A stretch of DNA of 64,000 nucleotides, from contig NC_068988.1 of assembly GCF_001194135.2 (NCBI RefSeq), positions 96,191,024 through 96,255,023 of the forward strand, read 5' to 3'. This DNA comes from Octopus bimaculoides. Its lineage: Eukaryota. Position numbers and translations under genes: made by a program. The notes below the pieces were generated by a model, which ran no database searches, had not been told where the DNA came from, and saw nothing but the letters and a program-made list of their open reading frames with translations. Within the stretch, counting starts at the first letter, position 1. The number at the start of each line of letters is the position of its first letter. Shown one piece after another: positions 61,211 through 64,000 of the stretch.

Positions 61211-62095
61211 TGAGGTCTGATCAATTAGTATCCGGACTGTTGCTATAGTAACGAAGCTAAAGCACGCAGATTGAAGCCACTTGGCACAGGTTGACCATGA
61301 CCTATGCTGTGCATGTGCACTAAGTTTTAACATTCTAGCTCACTTCTGCTGTTTACAGCAGTGCTTGGAAGGAACATGTGTAACGTGTGATCATCGCATT
61401 GACCACAACAAAGTTATCATAGCGATACCTGCTCAAAGGCCTATGCAAAGTTGCAGGAAGCGTATGGCGAGGAGTGTATGGGCTGCACACAAGTGTATGA
61501 TTGGTTCAGATGTTTCCAAGATGGCCAAAAAAATGTCAATAGTGATGAACGTTCTGGGAGACTCGCAACCAGCAGAACTGAGATAAACATTGCAGATGTG
61601 TGGGCAGCTGTGAGGGGAAATCATCGAATCACTATCTGTGAGTTATCAGAAGATGTGCCGATTAGTTACGGTTCATTTCAGTCCATTAACACAGAAGATT
61701 TGGGCATGTGACGTGTGTCTGCCAAGTTTGTGCCAAAACTGCTTTCAGCTGACCAAAAAGACAGGTTTCAGTTGCACAAAATTTCCTTGATTGTGTTGAG
61801 AATGATGAAAACTTTTTGAAAATTTTGTGTAGATCTCTGAGCAGGTATCACCAAGCTTTTGGCAACATTTGATGCAGATTTTCTGCTCAACTTTCTGTCA
61901 TGGTCAATGCAATGAACACACGCTACATACCTTCCTTCCAAGTACTGCTGTAAACAGTGGAAGTGAGCTAGAACATTAAATCATAGTGCGCATGTACAGC
62001 AGAGTTCAAGGTCAATCTGTGCCATGCAGCTTCACTCTGCTTGCTTTAGCTTCTTTACTATGGCAGCAGTCTGGATACTTATTGATCAGACCTCG
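61211..62095 (+). mobile_element. Internally deleted mariner element with ~80-bp TIRs
   Basis: TIRs (T/C)GAGGTCTGATCAA.AGTATCC.GACTG.. at both ends; HTH peptide QEAYGEECMGCTQVYDWFRCF..DERSGR..RITICELSE; VSAKFVPKLL; no DD34D region seen. Confidence 0.9.
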
Positions 62096-62903
62096 TGTAT
62101 AGAGCTGGGAATTGAAGCTGGATTGTAAGGTTTAGCTCAGCATTTTACTTTTATGGTTTTATATATCTTTGCATTTCCAAAAGAGTAGAGTACAGCTGAA
62201 GCTTCAATTTGTGGCGATAGAGAGTTTCTTGTTTTGATTATTTTTATTGTGCATTTGTGAAGGTGAAGAACAAGCTCTGGAAAACTTTAAGATAAAAGAC
62301 TGCAAAATTAGCTTAAATTTATATCAGCATCGCTGTGTTTAACAAGCTTGCTTTTCAACCATTTTGTCTTGGGTTCAGTCCCACTGCATGGCACCTTGGG
62401 CAGGTGACTTCTACTGTAGATTTGAGCCAACCAAATATATATATATTCTTTCAGTTTCTGTCTATTAAATCCATTCACAAGGCTTTGGTCAACCTGAGTC
62501 TATAGTAGAAGACACTTGCCCAAGGTGTCACGCAGTGGGACTGAACCCGGAACCATGTGATTAGGAAGCAAGCATCTTACCACACTGCCACGCCTATTGT
62601 ATATTTATGATTTGTCTGTTTTGTTGTGTCCATCCTTCCCATGGTTCTCCATAGATGTTGGAACCAGCATTGTAAGCTCTCAACCAAGATTCATACTTCT
62701 TACAGATATAATGTAGTGTGCTGGCTCTTCACTAATTCCTTTAAGATGTATCACAGTGTTGATTTAACCTGTTTTGTTATCTCTGAAATCAATGTGGGTC
62801 ATTATGCTTTGATAGTTATGTTGGTTTGGTTCACAGAAAAGTCAGATTGTTTCCTTTGTTTGCTGTATTTGTAGCAGTAGAATAAATATTAGTTATGTGG
62901 GCA

Positions 62904-62944
<41 letters not shown>

Positions 62945-63057
62945 TTGTGTGTATGCGTGTAATCTTTTACTTTGTGTGTTCACTCTTATAAATATTTTTC
63001 TTGATGATTGTAACTAATACAGAAAAATGCTCATGTGTGTGTGTCTGTGCATACATG

Positions 63058-63079
63058 GATCTATCTATCTATCTATCTA

Positions 63080-63168
<89 letters not shown>
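63058..63168. repeat. Compound (TCTA)n-(TA)n microsatellite
   Basis: Direct reading. Confidence 0.95.
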
Positions 63169-64000
63169 GTTTTTATTTATAGTTGTTGAAGAGAAATTTG
63201 AACCAACCGAAAAGAATAAATCTTGAAGAAAAATTCAAATTAAGTTAATAATAAAAATAATTGTAACCTTCACTGAGGTTTCGTTTATACAATCAATAAG
63301 CTGACATCTGTTACTTTGCATATATTTTCCTCTGACATTCAGCTATAGCATATTGACAAAAAAAAATGTGTGTGTGTGTTTGTGGAGAGATGAAACTTTT
63401 TTTTCTTGTCTGTGTAGATATGGAGATTTGAGGCAGAGGCATGAATATCTAACTTGATCAAGGTTTTCAAGTTTGTAATTTAATAAATCTTGACCAACTA
63501 ATCCTCAGCAACTCCGTCTTCTTGGATAAACAGCTGGCATTTTATTGGTTGTGATGACGAATGTTCTAGCTGATTTGATCACTGCTCGTGAAATTAGCAT
63601 AGTACTCCACAAACACACATCTACCCTTAATGTAGTTCTCAGGGAGATTCAGCTTAATACAGAATGTAACAAGGCTGGCCCCTTTAAAAACCAAGTGTAA
63701 CTTTTGCCAGCTGAGTGGAGTAATGTGAAATAAAGTGTCTTGCTCAAGGAATCAATGTGCTGCCTAAAATTGAACTCACAACCTTACAATTGTGAACCAA
63801 GTACTCTAACCACTAAACTATGTCCCTTCACAACAAATAAAATACAAGATTAAAACAACCCACATAGTTCCGGGTTCAGTCCTACTGCGTGGCACCTTGG
63901 GCAAGTGTCTTCTATAGCCTCGGGGTGACCAAAGCCTTGTGAGTGGATTTGGTAGATGGAAACTAAAAGAAGCCCGTTGTATATATATGTGTGTGTGTAT

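Overview
AT-rich animal genomic DNA with spliceosomal introns, (TA)n/(AC)n/(GAT)n microsatellites and several N gaps. The repeat families look like those of an octopus or other coleoid cephalopod (inferred from recognition, not a database search). Most ORFs in the supplied track are spurious repeat or intron ORFs. (1) A large minus-strand gene, the CPLANE1/JBTS17 (C5orf42) ortholog. I traced 32 phase-consistent GT-AG coding exons from the ATG at 44182 down to 1369 (8834 nt, about 2944 codons). The gene probably continues past the left edge. (2) A complete minus-strand RPS20 (uS10) gene: 4 coding exons, 120 aa, a 5' TOP tract and AATAAA. Introns 1 and 3 each carry a near-identical ~105-nt H/ACA-like RNA. 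(3) A probable divergent plus-strand gene starting ~410 bp upstream of RPS20 (ATG GCA ACC AAG|GT), which I could not identify. (4) Many mobile elements: RTE-clade LINE fragments, RTE-tail SINE-like elements with tandem structured modules, tRNA/CORE-like SINEs, Tc1 and mariner relics, and TTAA-type MITEs. The most interesting unexplained structure is the duplicated short H/ACA-like RNA in RPS20 and the tandem hairpin plus H-type pseudoknot modules in the RTE-derived 3' tails.
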